32,894 nt of DNA from a virus (taxonomy: Duplodnaviria; Caudoviricetes), in the IMG/VR virus record IMGVR_UViG_3300031159_000040, positions 1 through 32,894 of that record; one strand, 5' to 3'. Every line of letters starts with the position of its first letter. Within the stretch, counting starts at the first letter, position 1. Below the pieces are notes generated by a model. The model saw nothing but the letters and a program-made list of their open reading frames with translations, ran no database searches and was not told the DNA's origin. Positions 13,069-23,022 of the stretch are shown piece after piece. The translations under genes and the position numbers were made by a program.

Positions 13069-15237
13069 TTATACTGTTGCCCCGGTTGCATCTTTCCAAT
13101 TTGTGCCGTTCCACCAAATCGGCTTCCCAAGTGTAGTGTCGAAATATGGATAACCAATCGTGGACACAGTTGGGCGGGATGCGGTTGTACCAAACGAAAT
13201 GACCGCCATTTCCCGGAAATTGTATTCCAAGGTTCCACCTAGACCAGCTATTACAGTTTTTTGATTCGTATCAATGCACATGATGCGTGTACTGTTGCTG
13301 GCGCTTAGACCTGTAGCCGGAACCCCGGTGAAGTCGTAATCAACAAATTTTGGCTTGATTGTTGATGTGGTGTCAGTTATTGAGCACCAATTTTTTACGG
13401 CCCGCGGTTTCTCTGAACTGAACACAACATCATTACATTTAGCGATCATTACAACTACTGATCCTTGGTACGAACTAGATATTTGATAATTATTCCCTAG
13501 AAATCTAATGTTCGCGTTATCTGACGAGCCTCCTGTGCTGTCGAGATAAATGATATGTCCGGATGGATTGCTTTCTTTTCCTGAACCGTGCGATAGTAAA
13601 TTGGAAGTATAAAGAATGTGCTGACACGTATAAAGTTGCTCAATATACCGGTATACGCAGTCTAAAATTGCATTCCCTGAGATCGTTACATTAGAAGAAC
13701 TTCCAACTGAAATCCCGATTTCGCAATTTCTTACGGTGTTGCCTGTTAGTGACACACCAAAACGAGCAACCGATACCCATAAACCGATGCCCGATGCAGC
13801 GGCATCAGAACCGATTCGGCCATTCTGGATTGTGTTGTTTGATACCGTTATGTTAAATACAGGAAGTCCTGCATCTCCACCGTATATACTCAAACCATGC
13901 GATACAAATGTATCAATGTTGTTTCCAATAATTGATCCGTTATTCGCCGCCGAAATAAAAGGACCGCCGTTCCAGCACCTTTCAAACTTATTAAATCCGA
14001 TTGTAAAATTATCCGATACGTGTTCTGCAATATTAGACTGTCCGATATAACGTTGGTCCCAGTGAAGAACAATCCCGCTTGTTGCATCTCTTTCCGCTAC
14101 CGGTCGGGATGTCGACATAACATACCCAACATCCAAGCATTTATTACTTACAAAATCAAATGATGTATTCCAACCGTAGTATACGACAGGAGTTGAAAAA
14201 GCATCTCGGAAGTTGCATTGTTTGACATTACAGTTCGAGGTCCGGTAAAACATGATCGCTCCGCTGCAAGTCAATTCATATACATTTGGTTTCGTTATGT
14301 CATGACTACCTTTCGACCCGATAAACTCTATCCCTTCGAATGATACGTTTTCAACTCCGCCGACTTTTGGCGTACTGTCAATCTCGTCCGCATCAATTGT
14401 GACCCCTTTTGTAACCCAAAATATTTGCGGTAACGTCATGACGTTAGCACCGGATGCATGGGAGTATTTAAATCCAGTGTAAGTTTCATTAATTCCCCTA
14501 TACATCCTAATTGGAGAAACAGATATTTCATTCCCGGCAACGGCGGTTACATAAACGATATCTGCATTACTGTCGAAAACAGTCAGCACATCACCGATTT
14601 TAATATCGGATGCATCAGATACATTAAAAATCGTATCATTAGCCATGACGTCATTAGTAACTTTAGTATAAAATACGTCTTTTGCTTTGATCTTCGCCCC
14701 ATTCCCGATAATTTTAATATTAGATGGTACAATAACGCTGCGAATCAAGTAGACTCCGGAAGGAAAATATACAATACCACCACCTGCTGCTTTGGCTGCG
14801 TTTATTGCTTCCCGAACTGCCCCTGTATCATCCGTAATACCGTCGCCTCTAGCACCGTACCTCTTAACATTAAAGCCGCGCTGAATGACATCAACTTCAA
14901 GTGCCGCCACCCGATCCCCAGCCACGGGGAATGTCTCGTCAAACGGAGAACTATACCGCATATCGACGATCTCAGTATTGCTGTCACCGGCGCTGGCAGC
15001 GAGGTTATCGATCCGCTGGTCTTGCTTGTCGATAGCGTCCTTTACATTGGTGGCAGCAACCCGACCGCTATACGTAATATGATCGGCACCGTGGGCGGCA
15101 CTTGATGCTTTATGGTTAGTAATCTGTGTTTGAAGACTGGTTAAATCCTCATCCGCTCTTTTCCAGTTGTCATTATGCCTTTTCAGGTCTTCCATGGTTG
15201 TGTACTTTGTGATCTCTTTAAATCTCCCGTTCGCCAC
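13069..15237 (-). CDS. Tailspike with pectate-lyase-3/right-handed beta-helix (putative depolymerase)
   Basis: FNVKRYGARGDGITDDT...GGGIVYFPSGVY motif, N/I-rich PbH1 repeats, C-terminal YFDTTLGKPIWWNG motif. Confidence 0.88.
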   Translation of the reverse strand: MANGRFKEITKYTTMEDLKRHNDNWKRADEDLTSLQTQITNHKASSAAHGADHITYSGRVAATNVKDAIDKQDQRIDNLAASAGDSNTEIVDMRYSSPFDETFPVAGDRVAALEVDVIQRGFNVKRYGARGDGITDDTGAVREAINAAKAAGGGIVYFPSGVYLIRSVIVPSNIKIIGNGAKIKAKDVFYTKVTNDVMANDTIFNVSDASDIKIGDVLTVFDSNADIVYVTAVAGNEISVSPIRMYRGINETYTGFKYSHASGANVMTLPQIFWVTKGVTIDADEIDSTPKVGGVENVSFEGIEFIGSKGSHDITKPNVYELTCSGAIMFYRTSNCNVKQCNFRDAFSTPVVYYGWNTSFDFVSNKCLDVGYVMSTSRPVAERDATSGIVLHWDQRYIGQSNIAEHVSDNFTIGFNKFERCWNGGPFISAANNGSIIGNNIDTFVSHGLSIYGGDAGLPVFNITVSNNTIQNGRIGSDAAASGIGLWVSVARFGVSLTGNTVRNCEIGISVGSSSNVTISGNAILDCVYRYIEQLYTCQHILYTSNLLSHGSGKESNPSGHIIYLDSTGGSSDNANIRFLGNNYQISSSYQGSVVVMIAKCNDVVFSSEKPRAVKNWCSITDTTSTIKPKFVDYDFTGVPATGLSASNSTRIMCIDTNQKTVIAGLGGTLEYNFREMAVISFGTTASRPTVSTIGYPYFDTTLGKPIWWNGTNWKDATGATV

Positions 15238-15252
15238 TTGTCTCACCCTTTC

Positions 15253-16077
15253 TCAGTACAGATATGTGTGCCGAAAAATAAAAGCGACCTCCAAGTTCGG
15301 CAAGGTCGCAGTAATCGTTATGCTGTTGTCGCCTTCTACGAGGCGCGGAAACACTCCATCATGCACATTGGTCACATCTACCCCGTTCAAGGTCACGACC
15401 TGTTCCAACGGAGCGCAGCGCACTTCAACGACGTCTCCCGAACTTATCGACATGCTCAGCGTAAACGATTCTCCCGTCGTGTTGTTCGTGACGGTAATAT
15501 TCGAACCGGTTCCGGTTATGCGAATGACCGGATAGGCAATATGCGTCCCAGCGTGATAAACATCGAACGTGCTTGGCGCCGATTTTACGGAATACGTCTC
15601 TCCGCTGCCATAAACGAGCCCCATGCCATACGTGTAGCCTTGCCCATACTCCCACGGGCTGGATGTATCCGTGACACTTTCGGCAAAGGGATAGAACGCC
15701 TTGAATGGCAGTTTGAAAGTACCGAGCGGCCCGATCTTTTCGATCGGAATCGTTCCGTTATACTTGCACATCCAACGTTTCCCCGGGAAACGATCGAGAA
15801 TCAACGGCTTAACCCCGACCCTTGCATTAAAGACCTTCGCCATTTCCTGCAGGCGGATTTGATACTCGATTTCATCACTCGCCACCATCATAACTTCCAG
15901 ATTGATCGGCCGCGGACCATAACTAGTATCAATATCGATCGTTCCGTCAAGGTCCGGGATCTCTTCTTCGGTCTGCCGCGTTTCCGGCAGAAGGGGAATA
16001 TCAACTTTTGTCACCAGTAGCCCAAGATCCGAAAAGGCCACGCCGCCGAACGTGGCCCCACCGTTATCTTCACTCAT
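15253..16077 (-). CDS. Distal tail protein (Dit)
   Basis: Follows TMP; FGGVAFSDLGL...EIPDLDG...FPRLVEGDNSITI pattern. Confidence 0.85.
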   Translation of the reverse strand: MSEDNGGATFGGVAFSDLGLLVTKVDIPLLPETRQTEEEIPDLDGTIDIDTSYGPRPINLEVMMVASDEIEYQIRLQEMAKVFNARVGVKPLILDRFPGKRWMCKYNGTIPIEKIGPLGTFKLPFKAFYPFAESVTDTSSPWEYGQGYTYGMGLVYGSGETYSVKSAPSTFDVYHAGTHIAYPVIRITGTGSNITVTNNTTGESFTLSMSISSGDVVEVRCAPLEQVVTLNGVDVTNVHDGVFPRLVEGDNSITITATLPNLEVAFIFRHTYLY

Positions 16078-19000
16078 TCCGCCCTGTCCCCCCTTGCCAA
16101 GAGTTTGCGAGCTATGCTTTCCAGCTCATTTGCGTAGGACGTGATGTCGGCTTGATCTTCGAGGATTACGTCCCCGCTATGCTCAATGAGTGGACCTTGA
16201 TAATTATTGTTGACGACTTTCTCTCCTCCAGAAACCGCAGAAATTAGAGTGTTCACCTGCTCCGGAGTAAACACATACTCATTTTTTTTGATGATAGCGT
16301 TTATTTCATCCGGCATGAGCTCGTAAGGCGATCTAAAGTTCAGCCCTGTCACACCGTCTCGGCCCGTATGAAACAGTGGCGTTCCGTCCGCCTTCATCCA
16401 TCTCCCGGTCTGGCTGTTCAGCGTCGCGCCAAGCAAAGCGCCTAATTCCTTACTCTCGGCTTCCAGCGCCTTCTTCTCAGTCGCTGACGCCGTGTGCCAC
16501 GCAATGCTGTTCGCCCGCATCTGTGCAATAATCGCGGCGGTATTGATTGCCGAAGCGCCTGCGCCGATGCCGGCCACAGAACCAGAGGATGAAGAAGGCG
16601 CGGTTACTGGTGGCATGTATGACGCATACGAAGCCAACTCACGCTGCAGGGCAGCCATTTCGGCCTTGATCTTTTCATTCGTGGTCACAAACGAAGCCAG
16701 CCGCTCGTCATCGGCCAGCTTGTACAGCATCGTAAGGTCACCGGTGAGATCGCTCGTCGCCTCCCGGAGGTCGTCGTACCACGTCTCGATGTCATTTTTC
16801 TGCTTGTCCAATTCCTCCAGACGCTGATCGCGTTCCTCCTCAAGCGCATCTTTCTGGTCTTCGATGTCCATTTGTCGGAGCTTTTCTTGAAGCTCGAGGA
16901 AATGCTTTTGACCCTTTTCGCTCGTAGCGTACCGATATTTTTCCATCTCGGCGATCAGATCGTTCCGCTCTTTGAGCCGCTCGGAATCATCGATCGCCTT
17001 AAGCTGGTCGTCGTAAAACTTCTGGATCTCCTTGCGGCGTTCGTCCAGCGCGTCGAGCTCAGCCTTTTTCTGCTTTTCGATGGCCTTAAGAGTTGAGTCG
17101 GTCACATCCTTGATCTGTTTCTCTCTTTCCTTCGCAGCCTCTTCCTCTGCTTTTTGGGCCATCTTGATGAGCGAGACCTTTAGGTTATAAACCTGAGTGT
17201 CAGCTTGCTTGTAAAAGTCCGAGTCTTTCGCATAGCGGTTACGCACCCGGGTCCAAGCATCCAGTTTCATTCGAGCGATCTTTTCTTCCGACTCCCCGGC
17301 CAATGTCATGCGGCGCTCTTCCTGCTCGATCCATTCGGCCGACGCTTCAAAACGAGCTTTTGCCGCTTTTTCTTCCTCTTTGGCTTGTTCTTCGCGGCGC
17401 TTTTTCTCGTCTTCGGCCATTTGCTGCTTAAGCTGATAGATTTTGACCTCGATATCCCTCCGGATTTCACCGTTGTTTTTGTACCTCTGTTCCAGCCGTG
17501 CCAAATAAGCGAGTTCGTCTTTCTCGCTCATCTGGTTGAGGTCCTTTTTGTATTGCATATACTTGAGCGCTTGCTGATATTGCTCCTCTTGGATTTCAGC
17601 CAGCGTCTTCTCCTTCTTTTTGGACTTTTTCTTATCGTCTCCCGCGGCTCCCGTAGACGCAGGAGTATCAAAATACTTATCCAGCGTTCCGGATGTAATG
17701 GCCGCGATTTGTTTATCGATTTCGTTGATCGTCAACTGGTACTGGTTTACATTTTTCTGCGCCTGTGCAGCCAAGCCGCGGGCCGCAATGTCGCCGACAA
17801 AATCAATCGCTTTGCTCAAACCAGCCGGCAATTTGCTCCCAATTTTTGTTTCCGAAAAATCCGCCTCGGCAACGGCCATAAGCGCTTGAACCTGTTGTTT
17901 CGCGAGTTTCAACTTTGCTTCCGTCTCAGCGCGCCAGGCTTCAAGTCTTTGCTTAGATGCGGCTGTCGCTTCGTTTACGGATGCCTTCTCCGCATCGATT
18001 AAGTTGTAAATCAGGTCTGTATTCCTGATATGCCAACGACCTTCCGCGTCAAGCTGGGTCTGCAAGCCTGGATATTCTTGCTGCAGTTGCTTGACGACTT
18101 GGGTCAATTGGTTTTTCTGATCGACCGTCAGTTTGGTTTGCTTGTCCAGCTTTTCGTATTGTTTTACCAGCTGGTTGACCGAATCGATGTGCTTGATTTG
18201 TGCTGCAGCCTCGCGAAGGTTTGCCTCTTCTAGTTTCATCAAAGCCGGAATCGAAGCATTAAGCTGATCGTTCAGCTTCTGCAGCACTCGAGGGGCGTCC
18301 TCTGGCGTGTTAATGCCCAATTGGGACAACTGCTTGTCAACCTCTGCGAGGTTTTCCTTAAGGTCGGATATCTGCCGGTCCAGCTTGAGGATTTCGGCCC
18401 CACTCTCATTGGAGATCAGCTTCGCATTTCGCTCGTCATTCAGCTTGTTCAGTTCTTCTTGGAGTGACTTCCTTTTCTCAAGGAGTTCATTCAGCGTGTC
18501 GATGTCTTCCTGGAGCTTTTTCACGTCTTCGGCGGACCGATTCAGCGGGGATTCGGAAAGCTTTTGGTTCAGCTCGTCCTGGTTCTGCGCGAACTTCCAG
18601 ACGGATTCGGCCGCGGCATCGGCCGCTTGCTGATAGGCCCATATCCCCCCTGCTGCCGCGCCGATCAGCGTAATGATGGTCCCCCAACCGCCCATTGCTG
18701 TTTTAAGTACCGTGAATGCGGTAGCCAGTCCTCCAACCACCGCGATAAATGCCGTGAATGCGGTTGTTGCCGCAACAACACCCGCAACGACTTCCTTGTT
18801 CCCATCCGCAAACAAGGCAAACTGCCGGATCAGCGGCGTCACCGTCTCCATCAAGTCTTCAAGAACGGGAAGGAATGCTTCGCCTAATTCCACGCGGGCC
18901 GTCTGCAACGTCTGGTTAAACGTCGCTTGCGTCCCGGTGTAACCGGTCATGGCCGAATCCGCGTTGCCTGCGAATATGGCCGACTCCTGCATAATGCCGT

Positions 19001-19874
19001 TGTATGCGGCCTGTATTTTCTGCGCATCGGTCAGCTTCGCCGCCGTCGTGCCGATCGACTTGGCATAGCGGTCATACATGACGGAGAGGTTGGTTGTGAT
19101 GCCGGCCGCGTCTGTCAGTTCCGAGTTACCCATTTTGATCCCTTGCGCCACTTGCCGGATCGCTTCGTCCCATTGCAAATGCGCCTCACGGTTGTACACC
19201 GCGGCGTCAGCGGTGGCAATGATGATGTCTCGCGTTTGGTCAAGCGTAAGCCCGGCCGTGAGGTACGTCTTAACCGTATCGGCCATCACCGCCTTATTCA
19301 GGCCCCAGCGATCAGCGAGCTCATCCGCGAGGTCCGCGGATTTTTCAACGTCGATGTTGAGCGCCTTCGACACTTCCGATAGGCCGGAGTAGGACATGGC
19401 AAGCCGCTGAGCTTCGTCGGCAAGGGTTTTGACGGTCGTCGTGAGCTTCGCAAAGGTCGCGCCGGCGCCGATTGTAGCAATAGCGGAGCCAAGCCCTTCC
19501 ATTGAGTTGTGCACGCCCTTGACGGACTCTTCGGTTTTTTGTGCCTCCGTTGCAACTTGCTTCAACTCGACTTCGACCTTCTGAATTTGTTTGCTCTCAA
19601 CACCCATTCGGCGCAGTTCTTCGACGATCGCTTCCAAGCTTTTTTCAAGTCGGGACGGATCGATATTCCTCAGTACCGCCTCAATCTTTTTCAGCTGATC
19701 CGTATTGGCGCCGATCTTTTCCATAACGCCACTGAGATCGACAAAGGCTCTCGATGTCTTTTTCCCCTCGTCCCCGAGGTCAGTCAGTTCCTTCTTGACG
19801 GCCTTGATTTCTTGCTTTATCTGTGTCGCTTCCGCGACAAGCCGCGCACGCAGCTCGCCGATTTCCGTCGCCAT
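16074..19874 (-). CDS. Tail tape measure protein
   Basis: 1266 aa, helical/coiled-coil, central hydrophobic segment, after tail chaperones. Confidence 0.92.
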   Translation of the reverse strand: MATEIGELRARLVAEATQIKQEIKAVKKELTDLGDEGKKTSRAFVDLSGVMEKIGANTDQLKKIEAVLRNIDPSRLEKSLEAIVEELRRMGVESKQIQKVEVELKQVATEAQKTEESVKGVHNSMEGLGSAIATIGAGATFAKLTTTVKTLADEAQRLAMSYSGLSEVSKALNIDVEKSADLADELADRWGLNKAVMADTVKTYLTAGLTLDQTRDIIIATADAAVYNREAHLQWDEAIRQVAQGIKMGNSELTDAAGITTNLSVMYDRYAKSIGTTAAKLTDAQKIQAAYNGIMQESAIFAGNADSAMTGYTGTQATFNQTLQTARVELGEAFLPVLEDLMETVTPLIRQFALFADGNKEVVAGVVAATTAFTAFIAVVGGLATAFTVLKTAMGGWGTIITLIGAAAGGIWAYQQAADAAAESVWKFAQNQDELNQKLSESPLNRSAEDVKKLQEDIDTLNELLEKRKSLQEELNKLNDERNAKLISNESGAEILKLDRQISDLKENLAEVDKQLSQLGINTPEDAPRVLQKLNDQLNASIPALMKLEEANLREAAAQIKHIDSVNQLVKQYEKLDKQTKLTVDQKNQLTQVVKQLQQEYPGLQTQLDAEGRWHIRNTDLIYNLIDAEKASVNEATAASKQRLEAWRAETEAKLKLAKQQVQALMAVAEADFSETKIGSKLPAGLSKAIDFVGDIAARGLAAQAQKNVNQYQLTINEIDKQIAAITSGTLDKYFDTPASTGAAGDDKKKSKKKEKTLAEIQEEQYQQALKYMQYKKDLNQMSEKDELAYLARLEQRYKNNGEIRRDIEVKIYQLKQQMAEDEKKRREEQAKEEEKAAKARFEASAEWIEQEERRMTLAGESEEKIARMKLDAWTRVRNRYAKDSDFYKQADTQVYNLKVSLIKMAQKAEEEAAKEREKQIKDVTDSTLKAIEKQKKAELDALDERRKEIQKFYDDQLKAIDDSERLKERNDLIAEMEKYRYATSEKGQKHFLELQEKLRQMDIEDQKDALEEERDQRLEELDKQKNDIETWYDDLREATSDLTGDLTMLYKLADDERLASFVTTNEKIKAEMAALQRELASYASYMPPVTAPSSSSGSVAGIGAGASAINTAAIIAQMRANSIAWHTASATEKKALEAESKELGALLGATLNSQTGRWMKADGTPLFHTGRDGVTGLNFRSPYELMPDEINAIIKKNEYVFTPEQVNTLISAVSGGEKVVNNNYQGPLIEHSGDVILEDQADITSYANELESIARKLLARGDRAE

Positions 19875-19877
19875 GTG

Positions 19878-20261
19878 TTACCCACCTGCCTTCATGCGCG
19901 CCAGCAGCGCTTGATACTGTTCCTCCGCCGATTTCGGCGGTTCCTTTGGAGGCTTCGGCAGTTTGGATTGCAGCCTCTCCATGATGCCTTCACGCACCTT
20001 CTGATCGGCATAATGCGGGAACGAGGAAACTTCGATATTCTCAATCAATTCCTTCGCCCGGCGCTCGCCGGAAAGCTCGAGCAGCCGCGGCAGATCGATC
20101 CAAGCATATTCGTTTTCGATTTCGTGCTGCGTCTTGCCGAGCGTGATACAACACCGAAGCACAAATTCATCAGCGGTTATTCTTTGGCCTGTTCCATCCG
20201 CCGCAGAATCGATTGGACGAACTGCTGAGCCATCGGTGGAATCAGGCCGCTGACGTTTCCC
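19878..20261 (-). CDS. Tail assembly chaperone, -1 frameshift extension (gpGT-like)
   Basis: Open -1 frame entered at slippery G GGA AAC (20261-20255). Confidence 0.75.
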   Translation of the reverse strand, partial: GKRQRPDSTDGSAVRPIDSAADGTGQRITADEFVLRCCITLGKTQHEIENEYAWIDLPRLLELSGERRAKELIENIEVSSFPHYADQKVREGIMERLQSKLPKPPKEPPKSAEEQYQALLARMKAGG

Positions 20262-20584
20262 AGGGCGGCGTTGATGTCGTTTCGCTCCCATGTGAGCCGC
20301 AAGAATTCGGTGCATTCCGCGATACTGGCGTGCTCGTCCAGGTATTCGATCGGTAGGTCGCTCAAAAGCGACGTCAGTTCGTAGATTTCATCTATCGCAA
20401 TATCGGCGGCAGCCACGATGAACACCGCTCGTTCGTTTTCTGGAGTCAGGAAAAGCTTAACGAGGAAATCCCCGATCGTGCCAATGTGTTCGGTCAGCTT
20501 TTTAAGGCGCGCACGGGTCAGTTTCGGGATTTCGACTTGCTTTTGGCCGAGTTGGACTCGTTCTTTTTTGAAAAGAGTAAACAT
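20177..20584 (-). CDS. Tail assembly chaperone (gpG-like)
   Basis: 135 aa between major tail protein and TMP. Confidence 0.8.
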   Translation of the reverse strand: MFTLFKKERVQLGQKQVEIPKLTRARLKKLTEHIGTIGDFLVKLFLTPENERAVFIVAAADIAIDEIYELTSLLSDLPIEYLDEHASIAECTEFLRLTWERNDINAALGNVSGLIPPMAQQFVQSILRRMEQAKE

Positions 20585-20603
20585 TATGATTCCCCCTCGT
20601 GGG

Positions 20604-20640
20604 AAAATGAGAAAGGGGCTGTCCCAAAATGGCAGCCCCT
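20604..20640 (-). terminator. Terminator after major tail gene
   Basis: AGGGGCTGCC/GACAGCCCCT stem plus TTCTCATTTT. Confidence 0.65.
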
Positions 20641-20659
20641 ACTTTCTTTGTACCGGTCT

Positions 20660-21211
20660 TCAGGCCGTTGCTGTAATATCGCCCCAGGTGTAAAGCAACC
20701 CGTATTTGGTCGGGTCCGTGCTGGGGTATGCGGCCGCCGAAATGGTGAACCGCAAGTTGTTGTCAAGCAGGAAACCGGCATTCATGTCGAACTTTACAGC
20801 GCACGATTCGATGTAAATGAATCGGCTCGGATCCGTCACGCCGACAGGTTTGATGACAGCGCGTTTGCGCGGCAGTTCTTTGCCGGCAAGACCGTACACT
20901 TCGTATTTGATTTTCGTAGGCGTCGTGCCGTCCACGACCTTATCAGCGTTCGGGTTGAACGAAACGACTTTTTCGAAGTCCATATCCGGCGTTTCGAAGT
21001 TGATCGTGCCGGTCGTTCCGGTGGCAATCGACTTGACCGGAGCTGTGCCGAACTGGTCGACCGTCGGCTCAAAATAGGTCGTTTGGGTTTGGAACGTGAT
21101 GCCGCCTTGCGTCAGGTCAATCGTGATGGCATCCGTTTCTTCCTCCCCATCCTCGTCAATCCCCCACACAAAAATGCCGGGACCGGCATAGATTTTTGTC
21201 ACGTCACCCAT
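20660..21211 (-). CDS. Major tail (tube) protein
   Basis: 183 aa, TQGGITF, VDQFG..PVK motifs; position. Confidence 0.8.
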   Translation of the reverse strand: MGDVTKIYAGPGIFVWGIDEDGEEETDAITIDLTQGGITFQTQTTYFEPTVDQFGTAPVKSIATGTTGTINFETPDMDFEKVVSFNPNADKVVDGTTPTKIKYEVYGLAGKELPRKRAVIKPVGVTDPSRFIYIESCAVKFDMNAGFLLDNNLRFTISAAAYPSTDPTKYGLLYTWGDITATA

Positions 21212-21214
21212 TGG

Positions 21215-21619
21215 TCATGCCTCCCTCGTATAAAACACAAAATTGGTAGAGTACATTGGTCTATCCTTGTCGTCGAGGCCGAGGTAAATCGGGCTGGACT
21301 GAAGCGCCAAACACGAAAACACACTCGAGCTACCGACCATAAAATTCGCACGCCGGTGCAGGTGCTTAATAAGCCCCTTCGCCAGTGTCTCTGCAGCTGC
21401 CATATTGGCTGGGTTTGACTTATATGACTTGCCCTTAACGATCACCTGGTATGTCGGGCGCTCGGTAGGAACGTAGCCGTGTGGCGCGTATCCACCGGTC
21501 CCAAAGACGAAGAGGCAGGGCAGTTTCGCTTCCGGCAAATCGGCCGGGATAAAGTTCGGGTCCGGGTAGACGGTATAGCCGGCGGTTGTCAGATATTGAA
21601 TCAGATCGCTCGCAAGCAT
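21215..21619 (-). CDS. Tail terminator / minor capsid family protein
   Basis: YQVIVKG...PIYLGLDDKDRPMYSTNF motif. Confidence 0.75.
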   Translation of the reverse strand: MLASDLIQYLTTAGYTVYPDPNFIPADLPEAKLPCLFVFGTGGYAPHGYVPTERPTYQVIVKGKSYKSNPANMAAAETLAKGLIKHLHRRANFMVGSSSVFSCLALQSSPIYLGLDDKDRPMYSTNFVFYTREA

Positions 21620-21623
21620 CGCG

Positions 21624-22073
21624 TCACCCTCCCAATACCTTAGAAAGTTCTTCAAGGATAAGCTTTTCGTTCATCTTCAGCGCGTTCTCCAAGAACTTCT
21701 TTCCCGGCATGTACCCGTTGTACGAACCCTTGCTGAGCGTTTTTTCGCCCGGTTTCAGTTCGACGATTGCGCCGCTTGCTGTCTTCCGGAATCCTTCATG
21801 CTGGACGACAGCATAGTCATCAACCTCAGGACTTGCGCCGAAGTCAATGTACATACTCGCGATCGTCCGCTTGACCTCGCCAACAACCAACGCCGCCTCC
21901 AGATCACCCTCATCCACCGGCGCCAGCCGCTTGGCGTCATGGATAACCTTCAGCGCAAGCTTGGTCAGCGTCTCTTCAAGACGGCGATCGATATCGGATT
22001 CCAGCTTGTCCAGTGCCCCGATTATCGCCTCGATACCATCCAGGCTGAAACTAAAGATTTTGCGGTCGGCCAT
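21624..22073 (-). CDS. HK97 gp10-like tail completion protein
   Basis: AKRLAPVDEGDL...YAVVQHEG...KFLENA. Confidence 0.85.
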   Translation of the reverse strand: MADRKIFSFSLDGIEAIIGALDKLESDIDRRLEETLTKLALKVIHDAKRLAPVDEGDLEAALVVGEVKRTIASMYIDFGASPEVDDYAVVQHEGFRKTASGAIVELKPGEKTLSKGSYNGYMPGKKFLENALKMNEKLILEELSKVLGG

Positions 22074-22383
22074 AGACGATCACCTTCTTCACGTCGTCGG
22101 TCCCGATAAACTTCCGTACTTCGATATGCGCCACGTCGCAGCGAATGGTCACCCCGAGCGCATTCACATACTCGAAGTAATCATCGAATCCGACTGCGTT
22201 CGGCCCTTCCAGATGGATGGTATAAGCGATCTGGACCTCCTCGCCGCGTGCGTTTCGGATCAGGCGCTGCTCTTCTTCCACCTTGGCCGACTTCTCGGTA
22301 GCAGTCGGCGGCAACGGCCGGCCCCATTCATCCGTCTCAGAATGGTAATGCACGACTTTTGCTGGATAGCCGAACAGGCTCAT
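22051..22383 (-). CDS. Head closure protein
   Basis: 110 aa, DEWGRP motif, position. Confidence 0.65.
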   Translation of the reverse strand: MSLFGYPAKVVHYHSETDEWGRPLPPTATEKSAKVEEEQRLIRNARGEEVQIAYTIHLEGPNAVGFDDYFEYVNALGVTIRCDVAHIEVRKFIGTDDVKKVIVYGRPQNL

Positions 22384-22769
22384 ATCAGCACCCCGCCATA
22401 CTGCCGCTGTGCGGCTTCCTCGGCCTCTTGTTCGGCCAACTCGTCAGCGGTAGGCCCGAGCATATCCCGCACATCAGGAGCGACAGCAGGCCGCTCTCCG
22501 TCTTTGTAAGTGACCGACTCACCATTGTCCGAAATCGTCTTGACGTTGTGCTTCTGATACTTCAAGGCTGGATCGACGCCCTGAAGCTCCCAGACGGCCT
22601 GATAGGCGACGATTTCGACCGGAAACGGCGCTTTGTCCGGGTACCAGCGGGCAAGGTTTCGCTCGGCCTGCACGACGGCGACAGCCTGCTTTTGCTCGCT
22701 CGCCCGGTCCCAGGCATCGGTATCGAGCAGGTTGGCCGCGATCCAGTCCGCTACTTCTTGGCGGTCCAT
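22380..22769 (-). CDS. Head-tail adaptor
   Basis: 129 aa, position after capsid; VKTISDNGESVTY. Confidence 0.65.
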   Translation of the reverse strand: MDRQEVADWIAANLLDTDAWDRASEQKQAVAVVQAERNLARWYPDKAPFPVEIVAYQAVWELQGVDPALKYQKHNVKTISDNGESVTYKDGERPAVAPDVRDMLGPTADELAEQEAEEAAQRQYGGVLI

Positions 22770-22779
22770 GGCCGGTCAC

Positions 22780-22986
22780 CTACTTGTCGCCTTCCGACGA
22801 TTTGGCGCTTTTGGAGGCTGGTTTGGCCTTTGTTTCTTCCTCGGAAACGATCTCGCCCACGTCCTGCTCGACCAATTGCTGAGCGATCTCGTCGCGCACG
22901 TCTTCGAGGACGTCACCCGGATACCGCCATCGGCCGGCATATTTGACAACTCCCGTCACTTTGACCTTTACGCTCATCTTCATCAC
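22780..22986 (-). CDS. Small head-associated protein
   Basis: 68 aa, YPGDVLE..DEIAQQLVEQ pattern common after capsid genes. Confidence 0.6.
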   Translation of the reverse strand: MMKMSVKVKVTGVVKYAGRWRYPGDVLEDVRDEIAQQLVEQDVGEIVSEEETKAKPASKSAKSSEGDK

Positions 22987-22992
22987 CCTTTC

Positions 22993-23020
22993 AAAAAGAA
23001 AGAGCGCCCGAAGGCGCTCC
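22993..23020 (-). terminator. Terminator after major capsid gene
   Basis: GAGCGCC-TTCG-GGCGCTC plus TTTCTTTTT. Confidence 0.85.
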
Positions 23021-23022
23021 GA

